From NCBI GenBank assembly GCA_024638475.1, contig JAHEKG010000002.1:1-60261 (forward strand): a DNA stretch of 60,261 bases, given 5' to 3'. Within the stretch, counting starts at the first letter, position 1; every line of letters starts with the position of its first letter. A program made the position numbers and the translations under genes. Positions 36,941 to 49,590 of this stretch are shown in pieces. Under the pieces are notes generated by a model. The model was not told the DNA's origin. It was given only the letters and a program-made list of their open reading frames with translations, and made no database searches. The DNA is from Rhodospirillales bacterium (lineage in GTDB: Bacteria; Pseudomonadota; Gammaproteobacteria; Steroidobacterales; JAHEKG01).

Positions 36941-37357
36941 GTGAATATAAAACAACTAGCAGTACAAATGCTCATGAGCAAAATGGGCGGCGCGGGTGAC
37001 GCGGGCACGGCTGAGTCGGCCCTCGACGAGGTCATAGGCCGCGGCAAAGAGTTCGACATTGGCGACGTCGTAGCGCAGTTCACGGGCGCCGGGGGCGAAC
37101 TCGGCGACAAGGCCCAGTCCTGGCTGGGCGATGGCGCGAACCAGGCGCTGTCGGCGAATCAGGTCCAGGACGTGATCGGCGGCGACAAGATCGAGGCATT
37201 CGCGTCCAAGCTCGGGGTTAGCCCCGAGGAAGCGAGTAGCGGTCTTTCGGAACTCTTGCCCCAACTCGTCGACAAGAGCAGTCGCGGCGGTGAGCTTCTC
37301 GATTCGGTGGGCGGCAGCGGCGCGCTAGCCGGCCTGGCCTCCAAATTCCTCAAATAA
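36941..37357 (+). CDS. YidB/DUF937-family protein
   Basis: 138 aa, GTG start, Gly/Ala/Asp-rich. LSELLPQLVDKSSRGGEL resembles DUF937 proteins. Confidence 0.6.
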   Translation: MNIKQLAVQMLMSKMGGAGDAGTAESALDEVIGRGKEFDIGDVVAQFTGAGGELGDKAQSWLGDGANQALSANQVQDVIGGDKIEAFASKLGVSPEEASSGLSELLPQLVDKSSRGGELLDSVGGSGALAGLASKFLK

Positions 37358-37390
37358 TCAATCCGCTAACCTAACGGCTGGCTGTGCGAA

Positions 37391-38569
37391 CTACTGTTTT
37401 AGTATTCGCGCAGCCCAGCTGTTAGCCAACGTTTTCGCCGCATCCGCACCGCCAATACCGAAGGCCACGGCGGTGGCCACCGCCACGCTGCCCAGCGTCA
37501 GGCCAAACGCCATGTTGACGATGTTGTCGGCCAAGCCCATGGACCGTAAACCCATAGCTAACACGAGGCCCAGGATCGCTATTCTTGCGATGTTAGCCAG
37601 CCCCGCGGACCCGGCGGCAATCATCTTCTCGTAAGCCAGCGAGCTTAAAAAGTTACCAATAATAAGAATCACGCCGCCAATCAATATGCCTCCACCGAAT
37701 TCGAGGATGTTGGCAAACACATCCGAAATGATGCCGATCCCGAGCACATTGACGGCTGCCGTCGCGGCGGCCAACAGGGTAAAGAACATGATCGCTCCGC
37801 CGACGAGCTTGGTCGGCGTAAACGAATCCGTAAACAGGCTTTGGGCCCCGATCTTCGCTGCCATGGCGTCAAATTTCATGCCTTCCAACAGGCCCGAGAG
37901 AACGAAAACGACGAATTTGGCGACGAAATACGCGACCAAGAGAATAATTGCGGCACCCACAATGTTCGGCACTGCGGCCATCAATTTCTCGATCATGGCA
38001 GACGCTGGATCCGAGATCGCCGGGATATTCAAGACGCCAAGCGCGGATACGGCGATCGGCAGAAGAATCGCAGCAAACACGAGGGCGCCACCGAATTTTG
38101 AGACTTTAACGTCGCTGTTGCCGGTGCGTTGTTCGATCTGACTATCCACCTTGGATAGCGCAATCCCGACAACGCCGGCGACGGTTTTCGCGATGATCCA
38201 GCCAGCGTAGCCAATGACCCCGGCCCCGATCATGTTGGGTACGGCGGAAGTGATTTTCTGCACCATCGATTGCAATGGCGCCAGGACGTCCGTAAGACCG
38301 AAATGCTGTAACACGGCAATCAATACGAAAATTGTCAGCACAGCCTTAACGAGTGAGGCGATGGGCTTAGCGAGGTCGACGATACTGCCGTCATCATTCT
38401 CGCGGCGCAGGACTTCGACCTTGCTCAGCGCTTTGGCAAAGATGCCTATGAATAGTCGGACAATAAACAAACCGAGGAGGAGAATACCGAGGCCGATCAA
38501 TGCATGGCCTAGGGCGCTCGACGCGACGGGCCCGAGTACGCTCGTAATCTTTTCAATCATACTTCCCAT
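37391..38569 (-). CDS. polytopic membrane protein with repeated 'conserved TM helix' modules (CmpX-like)
   Basis: 392 aa. A motif recurs: V(P)N(M/I)(I/V)GA(G/A)(V/I)I(L/G)...(Y/W)(F/I)(V/I)AK. Confidence 0.65.
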   Translation of the reverse strand: MGSMIEKITSVLGPVASSALGHALIGLGILLLGLFIVRLFIGIFAKALSKVEVLRRENDDGSIVDLAKPIASLVKAVLTIFVLIAVLQHFGLTDVLAPLQSMVQKITSAVPNMIGAGVIGYAGWIIAKTVAGVVGIALSKVDSQIEQRTGNSDVKVSKFGGALVFAAILLPIAVSALGVLNIPAISDPASAMIEKLMAAVPNIVGAAIILLVAYFVAKFVVFVLSGLLEGMKFDAMAAKIGAQSLFTDSFTPTKLVGGAIMFFTLLAAATAAVNVLGIGIISDVFANILEFGGGILIGGVILIIGNFLSSLAYEKMIAAGSAGLANIARIAILGLVLAMGLRSMGLADNIVNMAFGLTLGSVAVATAVAFGIGGADAAKTLANSWAARILKQ

Positions 38570-38731
38570 GACGCGCTCCCTTTAGAAAAGGCTTTTAACG
38601 GGGCGGCAGTATACCGAGCGGTATGGGATCCTAGACGGATCGAATTGTGAACGATCGCAAACTCTGTTGACAATCTTTAGGCGGGATTGTCTTTACGGCG
38701 GCGGGCCAACCGTAACTGGATCAACGAGATG

Positions 38732-38761
38732 CCCTGTCCCGCCAGGCTAGGCGGGACAGGG
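38732..38761 (-). terminator. 12-bp-stem hairpin downstream of the 113-aa secreted-protein gene (no U-tract)
   Basis: CCCTGTCCCGCC-aggcta-GGCGGGACAGGG, 15 nt after the stop at 38776. The lack of a T-run makes terminator function uncertain. Confidence 0.4.
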
Positions 38762-38775
38762 TTAAGGGTTAAGCG

Positions 38776-39117
38776 TTAATCCTCAGCGTCGGTGTAGACC
38801 TTGTCGTCGATCCGCGTTACCGATTCGAACCGGCAACGGGTGCCGTCGGGAAGAATAATCGACGCGAATTGATCGAGATCGTCGGTACCCTTGGTGACGA
38901 ACGCGATCGTCTCGGCAGAACGGATGCCGATGCAGCTATTGAAGAACTTGACTCGATAGCTGTGATCTCCGTAAGTTTCAATGATCAAGGTCTTGCTGTC
39001 CGGCGCCCGCCAATTCTTGACGCGGTCGATGTCCGGCCCATGGCGAAACGAATCCGCCGCAAAACTTGGCGCCGACGCGAGTAGTGCACTCAATAAGAAA
39101 ACGCCTATTGATTTCAT
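38776..39117 (-). CDS. small secreted hypothetical protein
   Basis: 113 aa with the signal peptide MKSIGVFLLSALLASAPSFA. It is beta-rich with two Cys. No family recognised with confidence. Confidence 0.55.
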   Translation of the reverse strand: MKSIGVFLLSALLASAPSFAADSFRHGPDIDRVKNWRAPDSKTLIIETYGDHSYRVKFFNSCIGIRSAETIAFVTKGTDDLDQFASIILPDGTRCRFESVTRIDDKVYTDAED

Positions 39118-39301
39118 AGCTAACCTCCTCCAAGGATTCGAACCGATCCTCGACCGTAAATGGGGACCGGCGGGGGAATTTCAAGCCAGATCGGCAAGGA
39201 AATGATCACAGGCGCCAATGGCCGCCAATCCAACGATATCCACCGTCCGAGCCGAACAGTACCCCAGCAGGGGTGCCTATTCGGGCGACCGATTTCGCAA
39301 T

Positions 39302-39754
39302 CTAGTCAGGATTCAATCCGCGTAGAATTTCCGCAGCAACCTCGATTTGCCGGCGGCCCTCGCGAATGTTGTTCTGCGCCACCTCAATAGCCCGCCTGCT
39401 ATCCGTAATCTGTGCATTCCCTGCACGAACTTGATCCGCTGCTTCCTGCAACGCCTGTGCTGACAATTGCGCCGTTGCACTTTCAGCGCGACGCTGCCCG
39501 GCGGCAACCATCTTCTCGCCATCGAGCAATCGTGCTTGTGCTGCGCGAAGCTTGCGCTGGCCTTCGGCAACCAGTTTATGCCCGCTTTCTCCGGTTTGTT
39601 TGGCCAGTTGGCGAATGGCCTCGTAGCGTGGGGAATCCGCTGAGAGGTCCACCTCGACCGGTCGGTCATAGCGGACGGCAGTATCAGCGCAGCTGACAAG
39701 ACCGAGAACCAGGTAAACAAGCACTGCACGAAAGCAATAATCCTGGATGGTCAT
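39302..39754 (-). CDS. hypothetical lipoprotein with a helical Ala/Gln/Arg-rich body
   Basis: 150 aa. The lipobox-like LGLVSC follows a hydrophobic stretch. Predicted coiled-coil-like. Confidence 0.5.
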   Translation of the reverse strand: MTIQDYCFRAVLVYLVLGLVSCADTAVRYDRPVEVDLSADSPRYEAIRQLAKQTGESGHKLVAEGQRKLRAAQARLLDGEKMVAAGQRRAESATAQLSAQALQEAADQVRAGNAQITDSRRAIEVAQNNIREGRRQIEVAAEILRGLNPD

Positions 39755-39918
39755 TTTTTACGATACCTGACGCTGAAATGCCGCGTATTCTAAGATCGTT
39801 CCCGCCAGGCACCAAGCCTTTTTGGAGTCGGTAACCGTTTGGTCTTGCACAGGACCTTTTTCTCGAATGTCGGGCCCGGCCAAGCGCGCGCCGCGCGCCA
39901 ATTTTTGTCAGCGCGAGA

Positions 39919-39947
39919 CTTGAAAGTTAGGGTGCCCGCCCCTATCT
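39919..39947 (+). promoter_or_regulatory. sigma32 (RpoH)-type heat-shock promoter upstream of hsp20
   Basis: CTTGAAA (39919-39925), a 13-nt spacer, then CCCCTATCT (39939-39947). The E. coli-type consensus is CTTGAAA-N13/14-CCCCATNT. It lies about 60 nt upstream of the hsp20 ATG. Confidence 0.6.
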
Positions 39948-40008
39948 GCATACCATAGCGGGCTCGGCTCGCAAGATTCGAAACCGTAAGACTTAGGAGG
40001 TATTCGCT

Positions 40009-40446
40009 ATGCAGAAGGTTCGATATAACCCGTGGGGTGTTGGCGAGCTTCAGAACGAGATCAACCGGTTATTCAGCAACTGGGGTGACACGGAGAGCAG
40101 CGCCGCTACCGCAGGCTGGGTGCCGACCGTCGACATTCAGGAGTTCGACAACCGCTTCCAGCTTTTCGTCGATGTGCCGGGCGTCGACCCGGATGCCGTC
40201 GAGATTACGCTGGACAACGGCGTATTGACGATCAGTGGCGAACGCGGCTTGCCCGAGGCGCCGGAAGGCGAACAAATACTCAACCGTCGCACGGAACGCG
40301 GCCAAGGCCGATTCTATCGCCGCTTCATCCTGCCGGACACGGTCGACGCCGACAACGTGCAGGCCACCGATCGTCACGGCGTGTTAGAAATCTCGATTCC
40401 GAAAAAAGCCAAAGCACAACCCCGCCGCATCAAAGTCGCGGCGTAA
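40009..40446 (+). CDS. Hsp20/alpha-crystallin small heat-shock protein (IbpA-like)
   Basis: 145 aa. WVPTVDIQEFDNRFQLFVDVPGVDPDAVEITLDNGVLTISGER and GVLEISIPK match the alpha-crystallin domain. AGGAGG lies upstream of the ATG. Confidence 0.92.
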   Translation: MQKVRYNPWGVGELQNEINRLFSNWGDTESSAATAGWVPTVDIQEFDNRFQLFVDVPGVDPDAVEITLDNGVLTISGERGLPEAPEGEQILNRRTERGQGRFYRRFILPDTVDADNVQATDRHGVLEISIPKKAKAQPRRIKVAA

Positions 40447-40494
40447 CGGACCACAGGTCCGTCAGCGGGTGATCCCCCCACCCGCGCTCCCCGT

Positions 40495-40530
40495 GGGGGC
40501 CAGCGACGACTGGCCCCCCTTTTTGGTTTT
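40495..40530 (+). terminator. rho-independent terminator of hsp20
   Basis: GGGGGCCAG-cgacga-CTGGCCCCC followed by CTTTTTGGTTTTT. Confidence 0.75.
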
Positions 40531-40841
40531 TCGACAAGATCAAAGCCTCGATGGCGGACGTCTGGGATTACATCGTCAGCTAATCGAAACCATTGGAATA
40601 GGCGGCGCCCTGGCGGGGCGCCGCCGGCCTTTAACCGGCGATCTTCCCACCAGTAAAGTGCGGCTGAAACACCTCTTAGACTCACATCAAGAAACCCCTG
40701 GTCGGCCGTGGGGGCCAGCGTCTGGCCGCCTTTTATATCCCGCAAAGTCGCGGCAGGGGGCCCTAAGCACCATCGAACCGCTAAAGTTATGTCTCATTCG
40801 GCCGTTAGCTGTTGGAGGTACCCAATCATGAGGCACTGAAC

Positions 40842-41825
40842 ATGTCTAGCCCGGCAACACCCGCAAATGAAAAGCAACGACTACAGACGCTGCAAGATCT
40901 GAAGCTTCTGGATACGCCGCCGGAGGAGCGTTTCGATCGCGTCACGCGCCTGGCCAAACAAGTGTTCGACACGCCGATCGCCCTGGTGAGCCTGGTCGAC
41001 GCCGATCGACAATGGTTCAAGTCACGGCAAGGTCTGGATGCTACCGAAACCCCACGCAATATTTCCTTTTGCGGGCACGCGATCCTGGACGACAAAATCC
41101 TGGTCATCAACGATGCGGCCGATGACCAGCGTTTCTGTGACAATCCGCTGGTTTGCGGCGATCCAAACATTCGCTTCTATGCGGGTTACCCCATCAGCGC
41201 GCCCGACGGCAGCCGTATTGGTACGCTTTGTATTATCGATCGCAAACCACGGGAGGTATCCAGCGCGCAGCTGCTGCTGCTGCGCGAACTAGGCCGCATG
41301 GTCGAGGAGGAGCTGATTGCCAAAAACGAAGCCACGATCGATGAGGTGACGGGTCTCTCGAACCGCAATGGCATTCTTACCGTGGCTGATCATCTGCTCG
41401 CAATGTGCAATCGTACGAAACAGCCAGCGACGTTACTGATGTTTCAGTTACAGAATCTCGACCAAATTAATAAACAGCTCGGTCGGGAAGATGTCGATGT
41501 CGCTGCCGTAGAACTGGCTCACCAGCTCTCCGCATGCTTTCGGGACTCCGACATCGTCGCGAGACTGACGGCAGACATCTTCTGCGTCCTGCTCGCTGGC
41601 ACCGATCTCGATGGCGTCGAAAATGCACGGTTCAGGCTCGACGAACAGATCAGCCAGCGCAACCGTGAATCGAGCCACGCTTACGAACTACAGCTAGACG
41701 CTCACGCAGTCGCCTACAACAAAGGCCGGCATGCTGATGCGGCGGCGTTGCTGCAGGACGCCGCGAGCCGGATCTTCGATGCCGACGAACGCGCACAAGA
41801 TGACCGGACTGCTCAAGTCGGTTAG
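40842..41825 (+). CDS. GAF-domain protein with a degenerate GGDEF domain (RxxD I-site retained)
   Basis: I prefer the start at MSSPATPANEKQRLQTL (40842). The GAF core reads FCGHAILDDKILVINDAADDQRF...RFYAGYPI. In the GGDEF domain, RDSDIVARLTADIFCVLL replaces the usual RxxD-x4-R-x-GG(D/E)EF. Confidence 0.85.
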   Translation: MSSPATPANEKQRLQTLQDLKLLDTPPEERFDRVTRLAKQVFDTPIALVSLVDADRQWFKSRQGLDATETPRNISFCGHAILDDKILVINDAADDQRFCDNPLVCGDPNIRFYAGYPISAPDGSRIGTLCIIDRKPREVSSAQLLLLRELGRMVEEELIAKNEATIDEVTGLSNRNGILTVADHLLAMCNRTKQPATLLMFQLQNLDQINKQLGREDVDVAAVELAHQLSACFRDSDIVARLTADIFCVLLAGTDLDGVENARFRLDEQISQRNRESSHAYELQLDAHAVAYNKGRHADAAALLQDAASRIFDADERAQDDRTAQVG

Positions 41826-41934
41826 CCCGCTATTGAACGATGGCTTTTATGCCTAGCTACATCCTCGGGTCCCAGCGTCCGTGCTACCGTGGAAGACGCC
41901 TTCGGGGTTAATACGTATATTGGTGACCGCCGCC

Positions 41935-43767
41935 TTATTCGACGGTCACCGACTTAGCGAGATTACGGGGTTGATCCACATCGGTGCCTTTCAACACTGC
42001 GACGTGGTAGGAGAGTAGCTGCAGGGGCACGGTATAGACGATGGGCGCGATCAAACGGTTGGCATGCGGCATGGCAATCACCTTGATGCCGGGCTCGTCT
42101 TCGAGGCCCGTGTCTCGGTCAGCGAACACATAAAGCTGACCGCCCCTTGCACGCACCACCTGCATGTTGGATTTCAACTTGTCCAGTAGCTCGTTGTTGG
42201 GCGCAACGACGACCACAGGCATTTCCTCGTCGATGAGCGCCAGCGGGCCGTGCTTCAGCTCGCCGGCCGCGTAGGCCTCGGCGTGAATGTAGGAAATCTC
42301 CTTGAGTTTCAACGCGCCTTCCATGGCGATCGGCCACATCGGGCCGCGGCCGAGAAACAGGGTGTGATGTTTTTCGGCAAAGTCTTCGGCCAGCAGCTGC
42401 AACGCGTCATTCATCGCCAGGGTCTGCTCGACCGCAGCCGCCGAATGGGATAGGTGGGGTACGAGTTCGGCAACACGTTCCGCCGACATCCCTCGATGGC
42501 GGGCCAACATGAGCGTCACGAGCAACATCGACAACAACTGGGTCGTGAAGGCCTTGGTGCTGGCCACGCCGATTTCAGGGCCCGCCTGGGTCATCATCAC
42601 CAGATCGGATTCGCGCACCATGGAGCTGTGCGCGCTGTTGCAAATGGTGAGCGAACCGATGTAGTCGGACTGCTTGGCGATTCTCAGCGCCTCCAGGGTA
42701 TCGGCCGTCTCGCCCGACTGCGACAACGTCACGAACAAGCTGCCCTTCGGCACCACTACGTTGCGATAACGATACTCACTGGCGATTTCGACCTGGCAGG
42801 GGATCCCGGCCAGGGACTCGATCCAATACTTGCCGACGCAGCCGGCGTGATAGCTGGTACCGCAGGCCACGATGTGGATATGCTCGGCCTGATTGAGCAA
42901 CTCGGCCGCGCGGGGCCCCAGCGAATCGGGTAATACTTGGTTGTTTTCGACCCGGCCGTAGATGGTATTGGCCAGCGCAATGGGTTGCTCGAAGATCTCC
43001 TTCAGCATGAAATGCCGGTAAGGCCCTTTCTCCGCCGCCTCCGTGCTCCATTGGGTTTCATGGACCTCGCGGGTGACGTCTTCTCCGTCACCATCGAAAA
43101 TGCTGACAGAGTCCCGGCGAATCACCGCCAGGTCGCCTTGCTCCAGGTAGATGAATCGTTGCGTCACCGGCAATAACGCGGGCACGCCGGAGGCCACGAA
43201 ATTCTCGCCCAGGCCCAAGCCGATTACGAGCGGGCTCGCGACGCGGCTCACCACGAAACAGTCGGGATCTCGGGCGTCGAAAACCAGCAGCGCATAGGCG
43301 CCTTCGAAACGGCGCACCGCTAAGCGCACCGCTTCCAGCAAGTCATTACCCTGCTGTAAATAGTCGTACACCAAGTGGGCGATGACTTCCGTGTCCGTCT
43401 CCGATTGGAACTCGTAGCCCTTGGCCAGCAACTCGTCTTTGATCACTTGGTAGTTTTCGATGATGCCGTTGTGGATCACGGCCACCCGATCACCGGACAG
43501 GTGCGGATGCGCATTCGATTCGGTCACGCCGCCATGCGTGGCCCAGCGCGTGTGCGCAACCCCCAAACGGCCCTTGAGCGGATCCTGCCTGAGTTTGTCT
43601 TCGAGCTGGGCAACCTTGCCGACGGTGCGGCACATGCCCAGACTGGCATTGTCACGGAGTACGGCAACACCGGCAGAGTCGTAACCGCGGTACTCTAAGC
43701 GGCGCAATCCCTCCAGCAGGATTGGGACGATGTTGCGCTCCGCGATGGCTCCGACGATACCGCACAT
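41935..43767 (-). CDS. glmS: glutamine--fructose-6-phosphate aminotransferase
   Basis: 610 aa. MCGIVGAI carries the N-terminal Cys nucleophile, two SIS domains follow, and the C-terminus is LAKSVTVE. Confidence 0.97.
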   Translation of the reverse strand: MCGIVGAIAERNIVPILLEGLRRLEYRGYDSAGVAVLRDNASLGMCRTVGKVAQLEDKLRQDPLKGRLGVAHTRWATHGGVTESNAHPHLSGDRVAVIHNGIIENYQVIKDELLAKGYEFQSETDTEVIAHLVYDYLQQGNDLLEAVRLAVRRFEGAYALLVFDARDPDCFVVSRVASPLVIGLGLGENFVASGVPALLPVTQRFIYLEQGDLAVIRRDSVSIFDGDGEDVTREVHETQWSTEAAEKGPYRHFMLKEIFEQPIALANTIYGRVENNQVLPDSLGPRAAELLNQAEHIHIVACGTSYHAGCVGKYWIESLAGIPCQVEIASEYRYRNVVVPKGSLFVTLSQSGETADTLEALRIAKQSDYIGSLTICNSAHSSMVRESDLVMMTQAGPEIGVASTKAFTTQLLSMLLVTLMLARHRGMSAERVAELVPHLSHSAAAVEQTLAMNDALQLLAEDFAEKHHTLFLGRGPMWPIAMEGALKLKEISYIHAEAYAAGELKHGPLALIDEEMPVVVVAPNNELLDKLKSNMQVVRARGGQLYVFADRDTGLEDEPGIKVIAMPHANRLIAPIVYTVPLQLLSYHVAVLKGTDVDQPRNLAKSVTVE

Positions 43768-43854
43768 ATTTGGGGGCTTCCTTCCTTGTTCCGATCACCG
43801 TGGATTATGTGACCGCCTGGGTCCATAAGCCCGGAAATACCTCTCAGTTCGGGT

Positions 43855-45216
43855 TCACTTGTCCTTAACGGGCCTGTGCCAATTCTTCACGGTCACCTGC
43901 CGCGCACGGGCCACCGTGAGCTGATCCGCGGGCGCCGTCTTGGTGATGGTGGAACCGGCGCCGATCACGGCCCCGGCCTCTACGGTAACCGGCGCAACCA
44001 GCTGCACCCCCGAGCCGATAAAGGCGCCGTCACCGATCACCGTGCGGTGCTTGTTGGCGCCGTCGTAGTTGCAGGTCACCGTCCCGCAGCCGACGTTCAC
44101 GCCGCTGCCGATTTTGGAATCGCCGATATAGGTGAGGTGATTGACCTTGCTGCCTCGGCCTATGCGGCTCTTCTTTATCTCGACGAAATTACCCACCTTG
44201 GCACCGTCCGCCAATTCGGCATCCGGGCGAAACCGCGCAAATGGCCCGACCTGACAACCGGCGCCGACACGGCTCTTTTCGATATGGGAGTTGGCGTGCA
44301 CGTGGGTATCGTTGCCGATGCTGGCGTCCCGTAATACGACGTTCGGTCCGATCCGCACCCGATCGCCCAACACCACCTCGCCTTCAAACACGGCATTGAC
44401 ATCGATGTAGACGTCGCGACCCGTGCGGACGCGGCCGCGCACATCCAAGCGCGCCGGATCCGCCAAGGTGACGCCCGCGACCATCAAGGCTTCCGCGATG
44501 TCACGTTGCACGCCGCGCTCCGCGCGCGCCAGATCGCGCCGATCGTTCACGCCCAATCCCTCGCCGGCCGTCCGAGTCTGGGCGACCCCAACGGGTACGC
44601 CGTCGGCAACAGCCATTGCGATGACGTCCGTCAAGTAGTATTCGCCCTGGGCGTTGTCGTTGCTGAGTTTGCTCAACCATTCCGTCAACCGGCCGGCCGG
44701 GATCGCCATCATCCCGGTATTGATTTCATTCACCTTGAGCTCATCGGCCCCGGCATCGTTGTGTTCGACGACACGCTCGACGAGACCGGCCGCATTCCGA
44801 ATGACCCGGCCATAGCCGGTAGGGTCCTCGAGGCGTGCCGACAACAAAGCCATGCCATCGGCGGCGGCGGTTCTCAAGGCCTGCAAACTAGTTTCGCTAA
44901 TCTGCGGCACGTCCCCACAGAGAATCATGACAAGATGATCCTCGGGAATGCCCGCTATGGCCTGCTGCACGGCGTGCCCCGTGCCGAGCTGCTCGGCCTG
45001 CGCGTACCATGACAAATCCTCAGCCTGAAACGCCTTCCTCACGCGCTCTCCACCGTACCCATAGACGACGCGGATATCGTCGGGGGACAGTAAGCGGGCC
45101 TTGTCGAGCACATGCGCCAGCAACGGTCGCCCGGCCAACGGCTGGAGCACCTTGGGAAGATCGGAGCGCATTCGGGTGCCCTGGCCGGCGGCCAGCACAA
45201 TCACGGTCAAACCCAT
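43855..45216 (-). CDS. glmU: bifunctional UDP-N-acetylglucosamine pyrophosphorylase / glucosamine-1-phosphate N-acetyltransferase
   Basis: 453 aa. VIVLAAGQGTRMRSDLPKVL is the N-terminal motif, and the C-terminal half has left-handed beta-helix hexapeptide repeats. Confidence 0.95.
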   Translation of the reverse strand: MGLTVIVLAAGQGTRMRSDLPKVLQPLAGRPLLAHVLDKARLLSPDDIRVVYGYGGERVRKAFQAEDLSWYAQAEQLGTGHAVQQAIAGIPEDHLVMILCGDVPQISETSLQALRTAAADGMALLSARLEDPTGYGRVIRNAAGLVERVVEHNDAGADELKVNEINTGMMAIPAGRLTEWLSKLSNDNAQGEYYLTDVIAMAVADGVPVGVAQTRTAGEGLGVNDRRDLARAERGVQRDIAEALMVAGVTLADPARLDVRGRVRTGRDVYIDVNAVFEGEVVLGDRVRIGPNVVLRDASIGNDTHVHANSHIEKSRVGAGCQVGPFARFRPDAELADGAKVGNFVEIKKSRIGRGSKVNHLTYIGDSKIGSGVNVGCGTVTCNYDGANKHRTVIGDGAFIGSGVQLVAPVTVEAGAVIGAGSTITKTAPADQLTVARARQVTVKNWHRPVKDK

Positions 45217-45322
45217 GTACCAAGTCCCTGTCAGAATCGCCGAGTCGCGGCGCTAGGTGGGAATGATAACGCAAGACTATGGCAGCGCCATGGCGCCCGG
45301 CCACGACAAGTGAGGAAGCGTA

Positions 45323-45739
45323 CTAGCGGCGCTTACCCTTGAGTTTTTGCGCGGCACGGTAGCGGGCTTCCGCTTCGACCAGCTCGCCCTGCGCTTGCGC
45401 AATATCGATTTCGCCATGGCGGCCCTCGAGCGCTTCCTTCGCCCGCTCCCTGGCTGCCAGCGCGGCGGCTTCGTCAAGTTCGTCTGCGTGAAGGGCGCTA
45501 TCGGCCAACACGGTGACGAGATGCGGCTGTACTTCCAAAATCCCGCCCGTGACATAGAAGAACTTCTCGTCGTCTTCCGTTTGCACGCGGACTTCACCTG
45601 GCTTCAGATGAGTCAGCAGCGGGGCATGCCGCGGCGCGATGCCCACCTCGCCCATCTTCGCGGGGGCGAAAACCATCTGTGCATCGCCGGAGAAGATCTC
45701 CCCCTCGGCGCTGACGATGTTGACCTGTATGGATGGCAT
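45323..45739 (-). CDS. atpC: F0F1 ATP synthase subunit epsilon
   Basis: 138 aa. The sequence and its position after atpD are conserved. Confidence 0.93.
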   Translation of the reverse strand: MPSIQVNIVSAEGEIFSGDAQMVFAPAKMGEVGIAPRHAPLLTHLKPGEVRVQTEDDEKFFYVTGGILEVQPHLVTVLADSALHADELDEAAALAARERAKEALEGRHGEIDIAQAQGELVEAEARYRAAQKLKGKRR

Positions 45740-45751
45740 CTTTATATACCG

Positions 45752-47137
<1,386 letters not shown>

Positions 47138-47150
47138 TTACCTTTTAGTT

Positions 47151-48011
47151 TTAAACAGCGGCCGCGCCGCCGACGATTTCCGATATTTCTTGCGTGATCG
47201 CCGCCTGCCTCGCCTTGTTATAGATGAGTTGCAACTGATCAATGAATTTTCCAGCGTTGTCGGTAGCCGCTTTCATGGCCACCATCTTTGACGCCATTTC
47301 GCAGGCGATATTCTCCACGACGCCTCGATAAACTTGGGACTCGATGTAACGGTCCACGACGCTGTCGAGCACATCCGCCGCATCGGGCTCATACAGATAA
47401 TCCCAGTGCTCTTGTAGGTCCTCACTATCCTCGGCTTCCACCGGCAACAGCGTGGCCACATTCGGAGTTTGGGTCATCGTGTTCTCGAACACGTTGTGTA
47501 CCAAGAAAAGGCGATCGATATCGCCGGCTTGATAGGCGCCGGTCATGGCGGCAAGCGTACCCACTAAATCCGCCACTTTGGGTTGGTCGCCTAGGTGACT
47601 GACGGTGGCAACGATATTAATGTTCAAGCGGCGCAGAAACGCCATGCCCTTGGCGCCGACGATACCCAGATCGACTTCCACGCCCTTGTCCTGCCAAGAC
47701 TTAACGCTGTTCAGCAGCGCCCGGTAAAGATTCACGTTGAGCGAACCGCATAAACCGCGGTCGGTGGTGACGACAATGTAGCCCACTCGTTTGACTTCGC
47801 GGTGTTCCAGGAAGGGGTGGCGATAGTCGGGATTGGCCTCGTTCAAATGGCCGATCACGGCACGAATCCGGTCTGCATAGGGCCGCGAAGCCGCCATGCG
47901 ATCTTGCGTCTTGCGCAGCTTGGAAGCCGCGACCATTTCCATCGCTTTGGTGATCTTTTGCGTATTCTTTACGCTATTGATCTTGGTCCGAATTTCCTTG
48001 CCGACGGCCAT
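47151..48011 (-). CDS. atpG: F0F1 ATP synthase subunit gamma
   Basis: 286 aa. [34 protein letters not shown] is the typical N-terminus. Confidence 0.95.
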   Translation of the reverse strand: MAVGKEIRTKINSVKNTQKITKAMEMVAASKLRKTQDRMAASRPYADRIRAVIGHLNEANPDYRHPFLEHREVKRVGYIVVTTDRGLCGSLNVNLYRALLNSVKSWQDKGVEVDLGIVGAKGMAFLRRLNINIVATVSHLGDQPKVADLVGTLAAMTGAYQAGDIDRLFLVHNVFENTMTQTPNVATLLPVEAEDSEDLQEHWDYLYEPDAADVLDSVVDRYIESQVYRGVVENIACEMASKMVAMKAATDNAGKFIDQLQLIYNKARQAAITQEISEIVGGAAAV

Positions 48012-48029
48012 TGGATAATTCCCAGTTAA

Positions 48030-49571
<1,542 letters not shown>

Positions 49572-49590
49572 TTCTTTTGTCCTTAATAAC

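Noticed and set aside
40469-40831. A 120-aa ORF (and the antisense ORF 40374..40745) in the hsp20 / GAF-GGDEF intergenic region.
   Set aside because: The translation is low-complexity Gly/Pro/Leu/Arg. It runs through three GC-rich hairpins including a canonical terminator, and no ribosome-binding site is evident.
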